The position numbers and the translations under genes were made by a program. A stretch of DNA of 64,000 bases, from the NCBI GenBank assembly GCA_040830765.1, contig JBFOMH010000011.1, positions 29,255-93,254 of the forward strand, written 5' to 3'. This stretch comes from Puniceicoccaceae bacterium. GTDB lineage: Bacteria > Verrucomicrobiota > Verrucomicrobiia > Opitutales > Oceanipulchritudinaceae. This document shows, one piece after another, positions 1 through 10,193 of the stretch. The notes below the pieces were generated by a model. The model was not told the origin of the DNA, made no database searches, and saw only the letters and a list, made by a program, of their open reading frames with translations. Each line of letters begins with the position of its first letter. The stretch's first letter is position 1.

Positions 1-1166
1 TCGATGGTCAGGGAAATCCAGCCGGCGAAATTGATGCCCATGTCGACGAGATAGACGCCGGGCCGGGTCTCAATGATGGACTTCGGGGATATCGTATCCA
101 CCTTGCGGGTGGGGGGTAATAGCTGGGACTCGAGCCGTTCAGGGACAGGTTGATCCGGATCGGGCCCGGCAACAGGGCCCCATTCAAGGTCTTGTTCCGT
201 TACCCGACCGTCGCAAACCTCGCCTGAATAGATATTGGCCTTTGCCAGCTGACTGGGAGCGGCTTCCCACTCTTCCCCTGTGGCAATGGTTTCGGTGGAG
301 CCGTCCGTGTAGAGAATTTCCAGTTGGGCAAGGACAAGTGGCTTACCGTACCGGAATGTTGGGTCGAAGAACCCATGGCTTTGCCCGTACCAACCCTCCG
401 CAAGATGAATGCGGAGTTCGTGTTCCCCCTCCGGCAACCGTTCGTCAAGGATGTCGATGTTATACAGGGCCCGGATCTCATAGTCGGTCTGGGAAGGATC
501 AAGGACCCGGTCGTTCAGTTTTTTTCCGTCGAGAAAGACCTCCGCATAACCAAGGCAGGCGGTATAGAGTCTGGCTTTCCCCACGGGGCCCTTGATTAAA
601 AATCGACGACGGAGCCAGGTCGCGGGCAAGGCAGCCTTGACGGTTTCGATCCTATCGGGCCTTTCGGCATTCGCCCGTTCATCAAGTTTGCGCTCCCGTT
701 CGTACCCACCATCGCTGATGGGGCGATAGACAACCTTCTCACACCAGTCATGAACCAGCGGATCCTCCACCGGGACCTGCCTGGCGGAAGCAATCCAGGC
801 TGCCTGCCAGTCGGCCGCTTCAGTCAGCCCCATCTCCCAGCTGGCTGGTTCCGCAGAGGTTGCCTGGTTGCCATGATTGTCCCAGACAGTAACGCGCCAA
901 TAGGCTACCATTCGGGAGGAGAGCGGTATCCCCTCATAAGGAACAAGATGGGATTGCTCACTTTCCACCCGGCCACTGTCCCAGAGGTCCGCTTTGCCCT
1001 CGGCGAGGTTTCCAGCAGAGCAGGCGACTTCAATCCGGTAGGCTTCCTGAATTGTATTTCCATGCCCGGCCAGTAGTTTCCAGCTGAGCCTTGGCGAACG
1101 CGTGTGAATGCCAATTGGCTGCCGGATATTCTCGCAGTAAAGGTCGTGGAGGGAGAAAGTGGGCAT
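1..1166 (-). CDS. GH78 alpha-L-rhamnosidase, N-terminal part (runs off left edge)
   Basis: Not in the ORF track. Manual translation from ATG 1166 is open to the edge: MPTFSLHDLYCENIRQPIGIHTRSPRLSWKL...DLWDSGRVESEQSHLVPYEG...LGYAEVFLDGKKLNDRVLDPSQTDY...YLVDMGINFAGWISL, the typical GH78 N-terminal domains. No signal peptide. Confidence 0.9.
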   Translation of the reverse strand, partial: MPTFSLHDLYCENIRQPIGIHTRSPRLSWKLLAGHGNTIQEAYRIEVACSAGNLAEGKADLWDSGRVESEQSHLVPYEGIPLSSRMVAYWRVTVWDNHGNQATSAEPASWEMGLTEAADWQAAWIASARQVPVEDPLVHDWCEKVVYRPISDGGYERERKLDERANAERPDRIETVKAALPATWLRRRFLIKGPVGKARLYTACLGYAEVFLDGKKLNDRVLDPSQTDYEIRALYNIDILDERLPEGEHELRIHLAEGWYGQSHGFFDPTFRYGKPLVLAQLEILYTDGSTETIATGEEWEAAPSQLAKANIYSGEVCDGRVTEQDLEWGPVAGPDPDQPVPERLESQLLPPTRKVDTISPKSIIETRPGVYLVDMGINFAGWISLTI

Positions 1167-1446
1167 GAGGCTTTTACGTGAGATGTTTGAATTTGGGTAA
1201 CTTGGGAGCTTTTTACTGATTCGCCGGCGCTGAAAAGGGTCATTCTATTCCATGCCTGTGGTACAGTTCCGTAAATGCGGATATTCTCCTAAGTGTAGGA
1301 ATACGAGTCGGGAGAGGCAGGGAAATTCGAAAATGTACATCTTTATCCGGATTAATCGGGTTGAGGAGTTGATGTGGATGGTTTCTTTTTGAACAACTGA
1401 AGGGAGCTTTTAAGTAGAAGTTCATAAATCCAAGAATAAGAATATC

Positions 1447-4400
1447 ATGACTCACAACAGGATACTATTGTGCAGCTCAGCGGTTTTTCTGTTAGCCATA
1501 AGCCTTTCACAGGCCCAGTCACCAGCGGAATTTAGCGACCCATCCCGGGACTACCATCCCAAGACCTGGATGCATGCCATGAACGGAAACCTAGGCAGGG
1601 AAGGATTTGACAAGGACTTCGAGGCATTGGCCGATGCTGGCATCGGCGGGGCCATCCTCTTTCATGTCGACCGTGGATTAACCCCGAAGGGACCTGTCTC
1701 CTTCGGGAGTGAGAAATTCATCGACACGCTTGTGCATGCGGTGGGCGCTGCTGAAGAGGCAGGGATTGAGATGGGCCTGCACAACTGCGATGGCTGGTCT
1801 TCCAGTGGGGGTCCATGGATCACTCCGGAGTTATCGATGAAGCGGATAACCTGGCTGGAGGAAACCGTGCCTGGTGATCGCCTTTGGCGGCCCGGGGTCC
1901 CCCTCCACCTACACGGCTTCTACCGCGACATCGCGGTGCTGGCCTGGCCCGCTACCGTTTACGACCGGGAGGATGCATTTGAGACAATGCGATTGTCTTC
2001 CTCCGTCGATGCGGATCCGGCCGTGCTGCTGGACAATGACTGGGATAACGGCCTCGAGCTGGAACCTGATGGGCAAGGATTAATCTGGATCCAGATCGAC
2101 CTTGAGGAGCCGGGCAAACTGCATGCTCTGCAGATTGAGGCGAAGGGGCACCGTTCCTGCCAGGGGGAACTACAGGTTTCCAGTGACGGAAAGAGCTTCC
2201 GGACTGTTGAGACATTGAGTTCCAACATGATTGCCAATACCAAGACCTGGAGCTACAGCCCTTCCTTTGAGGCGGTTGAGGCCAAGCACTTTCGCATTAC
2301 ATTTTCGATACCGGTTGCAGTGCATCGACTTGAACTTTGGCCCAGTCCGAGGGCCAAGGGCTGGATTCCTTCCACCTCGATGGCGCGGGGCACTCCAAAT
2401 CTGCTGCCCACGGTTCCCGGGGATGCGATCATCAATCGGGAGGACCTCGTGGTCCTTAACCGGGGTACATTGCCCGGGGAAGGAATTCAAATCCCGAAGG
2501 GCATTTGGCGGGTTGTCCGCTTCGGCTACACGACAACGGGTGCTACCAATACGCCAGCTAGCTCAACGGGACACGGCCTGGAATGTGACAAGCTGGATAA
2601 GGAAACATTTCGATTCCACTTCGAGCAATATGTCGGAAAAGTGGCCCGGGCAGCTGCAGAAAGGGGCTATACAGGATTAAAGTTCAGCGAGATAGACAGT
2701 TACGAGGTGGGGGGGCAGAACTGGACTGAAGACCTCGATCGGGCCTTCGAGTCCCGGTACGGGTATGATTTCATTCCCTGGTTACCGCTTGTCACCGGAC
2801 GGGTCGTCGAGTCGCCTGAACACAGCGGGGCAGTTCTTCAGGAATTCCGAAAGCTGATCGCCGATCTGATGGCGGAAAACTATTTCGGGGCCTTCACCGA
2901 ACTATGCCACCAGTATGGCATGGAATCCTACATTGAGCCATACGGGATTGGTCCCTTTGACGAGTTGAAGACCGGTGGAATGGCCGACCGGACGATGGGC
3001 GAATTCTGGGTCCGCGAGGGTCCTTACCGCGGTCGCCTGCCATCCGCAGTCTCCTCAGCCCGCATATACGGGAAAGAAATCATCTCCGCCGAGGCCTATA
3101 CTTCCTTGCCGGAACTGAATTGGCGGGGTTATCCGTATCACTTCAAGCAATTCGGCGACCATGTCTGGTCACAGGGGATCAACGAAATGATGTTTCACCG
3201 CTACGCCCATCAGCCGAACACTCATGTCGTTCCCGGCGCGACCATGGATCGCATTGGTTCCCACATCGACCGGACGCAGACCTGGTGGAGCAATGGGGGG
3301 GTAGCCTGGTTTAACTACCTTGCACGCGGTTCCTACTTGTTGCGGCAGGGAGTCCCGGAGTCGGAGTTCCTTGTCCATCTCGGGGATGTTTCGCCCATCG
3401 GAATTCCTAATCCTAACTTCACCAATGTACCGCACGGTTTCAACTACGACTACTGCAATTCGGATGTCCTGATTAACCGGATACATGTTTCTGACGGATG
3501 GCTTGTCCTGCCGGAAGGAACACGCTACCGTGCGCTCTATCTTCACGACAGTGAGCACCTCGAGGTGGAGACGGTGCAACGAATCCGGGAACTGATTGAG
3601 CAGGGTGCCACGATCATTGGAAGGAAGCCGTTGGCTCCCATTGGATACAGTCAATGGAAGTACCGTGAGGCATTTAATGAGGCGGTAGCTGCTGTTTGGG
3701 GAGATGGTGAAGAAGCGATACGGTCCGTCGGCAAGGGTAAGGTCTGCACGCTCCCGATCGGCCAGGCGGTTGAGTCACTCAGCTACGAGGAGGATCTCCG
3801 CATCGACGGTACTCCCGTTGAATTTTTCTCCCACCGGCGGATCGGGAAGAATGACCTTTATTATTTCTACAACCGTTCACCGGAATTCATGGATGTTGAG
3901 GTTGATATTCGTGACGGTGATGGGCAGCCGGAGCTATGGGATGTTGATACCGGAAAGGTTGAACCGTTGACTCACTACACTCGAAAGGGGAAGAGACTGT
4001 TGGCTTCGATGCGGTTGGAGCCCCATGCTGTCCGCTTTGTCCTGATTCGTCGGGATGGAGAATTGCCGCTCTACAATGGCGGACTAAGCGCTCTGCTTGA
4101 TGCTGTGTACGGCAAGAAGGGCAAGGAATTACAAGGATCCTGGGTGGCGGACTTTGATCCGGCATGGGGTGGCCCGGGAACAGTGATTCTTGATGAACTC
4201 ATTGACTGGACCCGACACGCGGAGACGGGAATCAGGCATTATTCCGGGACCGTCCGCTATACCAAGGAGATTGAACTGACTCCCGGACAAGCTGATTCGG
4301 GCAGCCCCGTTTATTTGGATCTCGGGGATGTGCTGTATGTTGCTGAGGTGACAGTGAACGGGAGTAAACTGGCCACCCTTTGGAAACCCCCGTTCGCGCT

Positions 4401-4686
4401 GGATGTCAGCCAGGCATTGCAAGCAGGAAAGAATGTCATCGAGGTGGAAATCACGAACACCTGGACGAATCGCCTGATTGGCGACGAAGCGTTGGAAGAT
4501 ACCAGCGGGTACAGTCTCGAAGGGGACATGGTGGAGTGGTTCGCCAATAACGAACCGCCTCCGGAAAGTGATCGGGTCACCTTCACGACCTACAACTTTT
4601 ACGAGAACGAAGTGGACCGGGTCCTTCAACCCTCCGGGCTTATTGGACCGGTTCGGCTGATTGAGTCGAGCTGGACTGAAAGGTGA
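1447..4686 (+). CDS. GH106 alpha-L-rhamnosidase, secreted
   Basis: Signal peptide; PKTWMHAMNGN, HNCDGWSSSGGPWITPE, GLECDKL, IDSYEVG, MGEFW, SAEAYT motifs; C-terminal jelly-roll (LDLGDV..VAEVTVNG, NTWTNRLIGD). Confidence 0.9.
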   Translation: MTHNRILLCSSAVFLLAISLSQAQSPAEFSDPSRDYHPKTWMHAMNGNLGREGFDKDFEALADAGIGGAILFHVDRGLTPKGPVSFGSEKFIDTLVHAVGAAEEAGIEMGLHNCDGWSSSGGPWITPELSMKRITWLEETVPGDRLWRPGVPLHLHGFYRDIAVLAWPATVYDREDAFETMRLSSSVDADPAVLLDNDWDNGLELEPDGQGLIWIQIDLEEPGKLHALQIEAKGHRSCQGELQVSSDGKSFRTVETLSSNMIANTKTWSYSPSFEAVEAKHFRITFSIPVAVHRLELWPSPRAKGWIPSTSMARGTPNLLPTVPGDAIINREDLVVLNRGTLPGEGIQIPKGIWRVVRFGYTTTGATNTPASSTGHGLECDKLDKETFRFHFEQYVGKVARAAAERGYTGLKFSEIDSYEVGGQNWTEDLDRAFESRYGYDFIPWLPLVTGRVVESPEHSGAVLQEFRKLIADLMAENYFGAFTELCHQYGMESYIEPYGIGPFDELKTGGMADRTMGEFWVREGPYRGRLPSAVSSARIYGKEIISAEAYTSLPELNWRGYPYHFKQFGDHVWSQGINEMMFHRYAHQPNTHVVPGATMDRIGSHIDRTQTWWSNGGVAWFNYLARGSYLLRQGVPESEFLVHLGDVSPIGIPNPNFTNVPHGFNYDYCNSDVLINRIHVSDGWLVLPEGTRYRALYLHDSEHLEVETVQRIRELIEQGATIIGRKPLAPIGYSQWKYREAFNEAVAAVWGDGEEAIRSVGKGKVCTLPIGQAVESLSYEEDLRIDGTPVEFFSHRRIGKNDLYYFYNRSPEFMDVEVDIRDGDGQPELWDVDTGKVEPLTHYTRKGKRLLASMRLEPHAVRFVLIRRDGELPLYNGGLSALLDAVYGKKGKELQGSWVADFDPAWGGPGTVILDELIDWTRHAETGIRHYSGTVRYTKEIELTPGQADSGSPVYLDLGDVLYVAEVTVNGSKLATLWKPPFALDVSQALQAGKNVIEVEITNTWTNRLIGDEALEDTSGYSLEGDMVEWFANNEPPPESDRVTFTTYNFYENEVDRVLQPSGLIGPVRLIESSWTER

Positions 4687-4851
4687 TCTACGAGCGTGGC
4701 GTGCTCCGGTTGGCCGGCCCTCATGCTGGGTTCACTTAAATTCTACAGTGGAGAGGGATGTACTTTTGTTCTTTTATTAGTGGGAATGCTTTTGTTTTTA
4801 AATGCGACTTTCCCGGTGGGAAATATACCGTATAACCATACCTTTCCTGAA

Positions 4852-6321
4852 ATGAATTACCCAATCTGCAAAACTCCTGCCGAACCCTTCAAAACCGCTG
4901 CTTTCGGCATTCGCTTGCTGACAGGTTTTTTTACTGGGCTATCCCTCTTTCAGACGGGTTGTGCCAATCATGATGCAGTTGAATCCAGTGAGCCGGTCGA
5001 GATGGTGGATCATTTCGCCGATAATGCTTTTGGCAATCCTCTGGCAATTGTTCAGCACCCCGCCGGCATTCATCACGAGGGCATCACCTACGTGTCCTAC
5101 CAGGGGCCCCTCGAGGATCCCTACGTCGCCTCCTACAACCATGAGACGGGCCAATGGAAAGGACCCTTCAAGGCCGGAACCAGCGCCATGGGCAAGGACC
5201 CTGATCGCAAGACGGACAACCATGGCAAGCCAACGATCCTGATTGATGACCTTGGCTACATTCATGTCTTCTTCGGAGGGCATGGGGGGATTCCTGCTAT
5301 TCACGGCGACAATCCCCTCGGCAATCATCATTACGGGGAAAACAAGCATGCGGTCTCCAAGCGTCCCCTGGACATCACGGAGTGGGAGGAACTGGATACG
5401 ATCACGCCCTTCGGCACCTACAACCAGGCCATCAAGATGGACAACGGGGATATTTACCTCTTTTACCGCCATGGGGCCCACCGCAGCGACTGGGTCTACC
5501 AGAAGTCGACCGATCATGGACGTACCTTTGATCCGCCTGTGTCTTTCCTCAAGCACAAGCGGCGGAACGATCTGGCAGCCGTCGACAGCTGGTATATGTG
5601 GGCCACCCGGGGTGAGGGTAACGACATTATTGTCAGCTACGACTACCACCTTTGCTGGGATGCTGATGGGGCGCCGGATGAGCGTGGCCATACCACCGAG
5701 CGGCACGACGTTTACTTCATGATTTTTGACACCGCTACTGGCATCTGGCGCAACATCGAAGGCGAGGAACTGGCGATGCCTATCATCCGTGAATACGCTG
5801 ACGAAATCACCCTCGTGGCCCGGACAGGTGAGCGCTGGACTTTCAACGGATCAACCCACCTCGACTCCGAAGGCCACCCGCACATCGCCATGAATATCGG
5901 AGAGGACATTGGCTTGAAGACCGGTGGGCCGAAGCAGACCAGTCATTACCGCTGGACCGGTTCTGAGTGGATTGGCGGCAATGCGGTCAATAGCGAAGTC
6001 GAGGAATCCCGGGGCGATTTTCTGGTTGGATCTCCTGGCGACATCCAGTTTCTCCTCGGTTACCGCGGAGCATCCGGAGACGGTGTGGTTGCCTGGTGGA
6101 GGAGCACGGATGGTGGAAAAACCTTCAACAAGGGAGAGGAGCTCCTGCGCCGTGAAAATGCCGGCTGGGCAGTGACCTCGCTTATCAAGAATGCCCATCC
6201 GGATGCGCGGGTCATCGTTGCGGAGAAGCCTCCCGGAACCGATTGGAGGCGGGTTTACCTGCTTGGTGACAAGGGCCCGGTGCAGCGCCCACTGGCCGAG
6301 ATCCGGACCCTTGGGAACTAG
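4852..6321 (+). CDS. PL25-type ulvan lyase (BNR_4 seven-bladed propeller), lipoprotein
   Basis: Lipobox-like FQTGC. Motifs QHPAGI, DNHGKP, GGHGG, FGTYNQAIKMDNGDIY, RHGAHRSDW, YDYHLCWD, RGHTTERHD match the recalled sequence of Pseudoalteromonas PLSV_3936. Start moved to ATG 4852. Confidence 0.85.
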   Translation: MNYPICKTPAEPFKTAAFGIRLLTGFFTGLSLFQTGCANHDAVESSEPVEMVDHFADNAFGNPLAIVQHPAGIHHEGITYVSYQGPLEDPYVASYNHETGQWKGPFKAGTSAMGKDPDRKTDNHGKPTILIDDLGYIHVFFGGHGGIPAIHGDNPLGNHHYGENKHAVSKRPLDITEWEELDTITPFGTYNQAIKMDNGDIYLFYRHGAHRSDWVYQKSTDHGRTFDPPVSFLKHKRRNDLAAVDSWYMWATRGEGNDIIVSYDYHLCWDADGAPDERGHTTERHDVYFMIFDTATGIWRNIEGEELAMPIIREYADEITLVARTGERWTFNGSTHLDSEGHPHIAMNIGEDIGLKTGGPKQTSHYRWTGSEWIGGNAVNSEVEESRGDFLVGSPGDIQFLLGYRGASGDGVVAWWRSTDGGKTFNKGEELLRRENAGWAVTSLIKNAHPDARVIVAEKPPGTDWRRVYLLGDKGPVQRPLAEIRTLGN

Positions 6322-6408
6322 AACTGGAGCCATGCGGCAAACGGTCTCGAAACAAGTACCTTGTCTTCGTCGCTGGAATTGTCAGTATCTGACGCAACGC
6401 CGGGATTC

Positions 6409-7290
6409 ATGAAATACGAACGCCTTCTCCTGCTGATGCTGACTTGCCTGACAACAGGAACCAACGCCGAAGAGACGATCCCTGTAGACGGTATAGGCCA
6501 CGTGGCGTTCGAGGTGGTTGATTTGGAGAAGTCACAGGCCTTCTACACCAAACATTACGGGTTCCTGTTCGCCTTCAGCGTCGATGAGGGACCGGAAGCA
6601 AGGTATCTGAAAATCAATGATGACCAGTTCCTGAAGCTTGTTGGGAAGCCGGAGGGAACGGATGATGACAGGCTGGTCGAGGTGGCCTTCGAGGTTTCTG
6701 ATCTTGAAGCAACCGTCACTTTGCTGCGGGCAAGGGGATTGAACCCGGGGCCTGTCAGGCGGAGGGCCGATGGCACATTGGCAAGCGTCCTCAGCGACCC
6801 CGAGGGCCATCGCCTGGTATTCGTCGAGTACGTTGATGGATCAGAGCAGGTTCTTGCTCGTGGTAAGCACCTGGGCGCGAACCGTGTAAGTGAGCGTCTC
6901 TGGCATGTTGGACTGACCATATCCGATGAAGCCGTGGCCAACGCCTTCTACCGAGATAAACTAGGCTTCGAGGAAGTCTGGCGAGCTTCCCGGACAGATG
7001 GCGGCCCGGATGCCTGGGTCAACATGCAGATACCGGGTGAGCGGGGCGACTACATTGAATACATCCTTCTCAACGGCACGACGCCTGATCGCCAGCGTCT
7101 GGGGACGATGCACCATGTTTGCTACATGATTGACGACATTGGGGAAGCCCATGCCCATCTGCTCTGCAATGGTTTGGCCGACCTCAAAAAGTACGAGCCG
7201 AGGATTGGACGTAATCAGCGTTGGTTGCTCAATGTGCACGACCCCGATGGGACACGCAGTGAGTTGATGGAAAACAGGCTAGCGGACTGA
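6409..7290 (+). CDS. secreted VOC (glyoxalase-fold) protein, two paired VOC modules
   Basis: Signal peptide MKYERLLLLMLTCLTTGTNA; GIGHVAFEV, DPEGHRLVFVE, LWHVGL, DYIEY, HHVCY, DPDGTRSELME motifs. Confidence 0.8.
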   Translation: MKYERLLLLMLTCLTTGTNAEETIPVDGIGHVAFEVVDLEKSQAFYTKHYGFLFAFSVDEGPEARYLKINDDQFLKLVGKPEGTDDDRLVEVAFEVSDLEATVTLLRARGLNPGPVRRRADGTLASVLSDPEGHRLVFVEYVDGSEQVLARGKHLGANRVSERLWHVGLTISDEAVANAFYRDKLGFEEVWRASRTDGGPDAWVNMQIPGERGDYIEYILLNGTTPDRQRLGTMHHVCYMIDDIGEAHAHLLCNGLADLKKYEPRIGRNQRWLLNVHDPDGTRSELMENRLAD

Positions 7291-7328
7291 AATTTCCGTG
7301 ATTGCCTGCGGTGATCGGCGTATTCCTG

Positions 7329-10193
7329 TTAGCGCAGGATCCCAAAGCAGTAGTGCCCCGAACCTAACCTGACTTTCAAGCAAGGCATCCTTGCGTCATC
7401 GGCCTTCTCAATACTCATGATCCCGTCAGCCTCGCCCAGCGGTATTCCCGATTCCAGCACAGTACGGGCATCAATGGCTGGCAGATAGACAATTCCCTCT
7501 GCGTTCACGGGGACGTGAACTTTCCATTCCAGGCCATCGATGGTCTGTTTCCAACGGCTTTCAATGGGGCCGTAGGGAGAGGCGGTTAACACTCTCGCCC
7601 AATCCCATTGGAGTGTCAGACGCGGCCGAAACTCCGTTACGCGATAGCCGGGACCTTCTTCTGAAGGCCGGATGCCGCCCAGTCCCTCATAGAAAAACGC
7701 GGCAAACCCGCCCTGCATCGGATGGTTCATGGAGTTGCGGTAGCGGGGCTCCTCATCCCAATTGAACTGCCGTTCGGGCCAGGTCGAAAAGCCGTAGTCG
7801 GCAAGGTATCCCGGGCCAGGGAAGTCCCGGTCCAGGAGCATGCGGGCGACCAGCTCCTCGTGTCCAAAATCGGCCAGCACGGTGTAGAGGTGACGCAGGC
7901 CGTGGATGCCGACGGAATGTTGGCCAGAGTTGACGGTCTCGATGTCGTGGACCAGTCCATCGATAACGGACTCGAGTTGATCTTCAGGCACCATCCCCAT
8001 CTGGAGAGCCATGATGGTGGCTGTCTGGCTGCCGTAGAATTTGGTATCCGTCCCCGGTATATCCTCAAGATAAGTCTTGTTGAAAGCATCCCTGACCTCA
8101 TTCGCCAGCAAGAGGCAGTATTCACTGAACTCATCCTCTTCCTGGAGTTGCGCCATGGAAGCAACGATTCTCAGGGCGGCGTAATAAAAGGCGGTACCGG
8201 AAACATGGGGGTGGCAGTCCATGTACTCGGGAGCCAGGCGCCGGTCCCAGAGGGGAGGGCACCAGTCGCCAAGGCCGTTGGCGAGAATCTGGCCGGGCTC
8301 GCGCATCGACTCGTAATAAGCAATGAAGTTCTTCAGTGCTGGATAATGACGTTCAAATACGGTGGGATCACCAGTGTGGAGATAGAGGCGCCACGGCAAG
8401 AGGACATAGGCCACCCCCCAGTCGATCTCGGCTGGCCTGTCAGTGGCGCGTTTCCCCGGTGCGACACGTGGGGGAACGCCCTTGCCGACGCCGACAAACT
8501 GCTGATAGCGGTCATTGGCCACCAGGCTGTCCTCGATATCACGGCAGTACTTTGCGAGGAAACGCTTCGTATCGTATCCATAGAGGCTGATATCGACCGT
8601 GGCATGGGCATCACCGAGCCAGCCGCACTTTTCGCGGGCGGGGCAGTCCTCCGGGATGGAGTGCCAGTTGGCCTCAAGGGTGTTGCGGGTGATGGTGTAC
8701 TGCCGGTTCACCAGCTCTTCCGAGCACTCGAAACTGCCGGTTTCGGGCAAGTCGTTATGGACAAGGACAGCAGTCAGGGAATCCGTTGTTGGCTCGGTGC
8801 GCAGGCCGCTGATTTCCACGTACTGGAATCCATGGTAGGAAAACCGGGGGCTCCAGGTTTCGGTTCCTTCGCCTTTGGCAATATAGATCATCTCCTGGAC
8901 CCTTCCGGGTGCACCCCCGGTAGTCAGGGTGTTGACCGTCACTCCGTCCGGTTCCATCCGCTCGCCAGCAAGAATGGTGATGATGTCCCCAGCTTCCTGT
9001 TCAACCTGGATCTCCACCCAGCCGGCAATATTACGCCCAAAGTCGACGATGTACTTACCGCCCTCAATGGCCTTGATGCTGACAGGTTGAAACCGCTCCT
9101 TGACGCGAATGGGCGGGATATCCTGGGCTCGCAGGTTTTCCCTACGACAGGGTTCTTCGAGAACCACAGCCTGCTGCCAGGTGCTCGTATCACAACCGGA
9201 GCTGGCCCAGCCGGGGACTTCCTTCCGGGCATCATAAGTCTCGCCCCAGTAGACATTGTCGAAGACAATGGGTCCTGTCGTTGCATGCCAACTACAGTCA
9301 GTGCCGAAGACCTCCGTGCTGCCGTCAGTGTACTCCACAAATACCTTTGTCCGGGCCCGTGGCTGACCGTAATTAAAATCATGCTGCCAGGCCACATTCT
9401 GGCCGAAGAAGCCATTTCCCAGCCAAAGCCCGATTGCGTTTGAGCCTTCCACAAGACGGTCACTGAGGTCATGGACCGTGTAGAAGGTTTGCTTGTCGTA
9501 GTTGGTCTGTGCGGGATCGAGGACAGCGTCGCCAACTTTCTCGCCATTCAGGTAAAGTTCCCCATAGCCGACTGCCGCTACATAAGCGAAGGCCCTACGG
9601 ACCGGATGGGTCAGGAAGATTTCCTTCCGAAGAAGAGGGGAGGGATAGGACCGCTTCATTTCCGGCTCCGGCATGAACATGTATTCGCGCTCCGCATGGG
9701 GGGAATCACGGGTGTCCTTAGCCAGTCCGATCCATTTGGATCCTTCCCAGTCACTGGCATCCAGCAGGGCCATCTTCCAATAGGCTGGTTTTGACCATTC
9801 GCTTGGCCTGCCTGCCTCGTCCCAGACCATCACCTTCCAGAAGCAGGCCTGCCGGCTGGTCAGCGGTTGGCCTTCGTAGCGCACGGTAATCGAATTACTG
9901 CTTTGAATTCGTTGACTATCCCAAAGGTCGGCTTCATCCGCCTGCAACCGTTCGAGGCTGGTCGCCACAAGGATACGGTAGGCACTTTGTGAGCGGGACC
10001 TGTCAGTCGTTGATTGGGCAAGAAGCTTCCATCTGAGGACCGGTTGTGGATTGTCGATCTCAATGGGGTCAGTGCGATCGTCGCAGCGAAGGTCGATTAC
10101 CTGCAAGGGACTGCTCCCTGCGACTGGAGCAACCAAGCCAACGAAGATAATGAGGGCAATGAGCGCTTTCAACTGTCTTGATGGTTGGACCAA
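7329..10193 (-). CDS. GH78 alpha-L-rhamnosidase, secreted
   Basis: Signal peptide; DFGRNIAGW, FSYHGFQYVEI, IPEDCPAREKCGWLGD, GLGDWCPP, SMNHPMQG motifs. Confidence 0.92.
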   Translation of the reverse strand: MVQPSRQLKALIALIIFVGLVAPVAGSSPLQVIDLRCDDRTDPIEIDNPQPVLRWKLLAQSTTDRSRSQSAYRILVATSLERLQADEADLWDSQRIQSSNSITVRYEGQPLTSRQACFWKVMVWDEAGRPSEWSKPAYWKMALLDASDWEGSKWIGLAKDTRDSPHAEREYMFMPEPEMKRSYPSPLLRKEIFLTHPVRRAFAYVAAVGYGELYLNGEKVGDAVLDPAQTNYDKQTFYTVHDLSDRLVEGSNAIGLWLGNGFFGQNVAWQHDFNYGQPRARTKVFVEYTDGSTEVFGTDCSWHATTGPIVFDNVYWGETYDARKEVPGWASSGCDTSTWQQAVVLEEPCRRENLRAQDIPPIRVKERFQPVSIKAIEGGKYIVDFGRNIAGWVEIQVEQEAGDIITILAGERMEPDGVTVNTLTTGGAPGRVQEMIYIAKGEGTETWSPRFSYHGFQYVEISGLRTEPTTDSLTAVLVHNDLPETGSFECSEELVNRQYTITRNTLEANWHSIPEDCPAREKCGWLGDAHATVDISLYGYDTKRFLAKYCRDIEDSLVANDRYQQFVGVGKGVPPRVAPGKRATDRPAEIDWGVAYVLLPWRLYLHTGDPTVFERHYPALKNFIAYYESMREPGQILANGLGDWCPPLWDRRLAPEYMDCHPHVSGTAFYYAALRIVASMAQLQEEDEFSEYCLLLANEVRDAFNKTYLEDIPGTDTKFYGSQTATIMALQMGMVPEDQLESVIDGLVHDIETVNSGQHSVGIHGLRHLYTVLADFGHEELVARMLLDRDFPGPGYLADYGFSTWPERQFNWDEEPRYRNSMNHPMQGGFAAFFYEGLGGIRPSEEGPGYRVTEFRPRLTLQWDWARVLTASPYGPIESRWKQTIDGLEWKVHVPVNAEGIVYLPAIDARTVLESGIPLGEADGIMSIEKADDARMPCLKVRLGSGHYCFGILR

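Noticed and set aside
200..1243. Short ORFs listed in the track at the left edge
   Set aside because: All overlap the real minus-strand GH78 frame (1166 to edge), which the track missed because it has no stop in the window.
7722..9443. 573-aa plus-strand ORF
   Set aside because: Antisense shadow of the GH78 gene with no motifs. The same applies to other long antisense ORFs (18091-19089, 25495-26235, 28266-29183, 34884-36032, 37940-38917).
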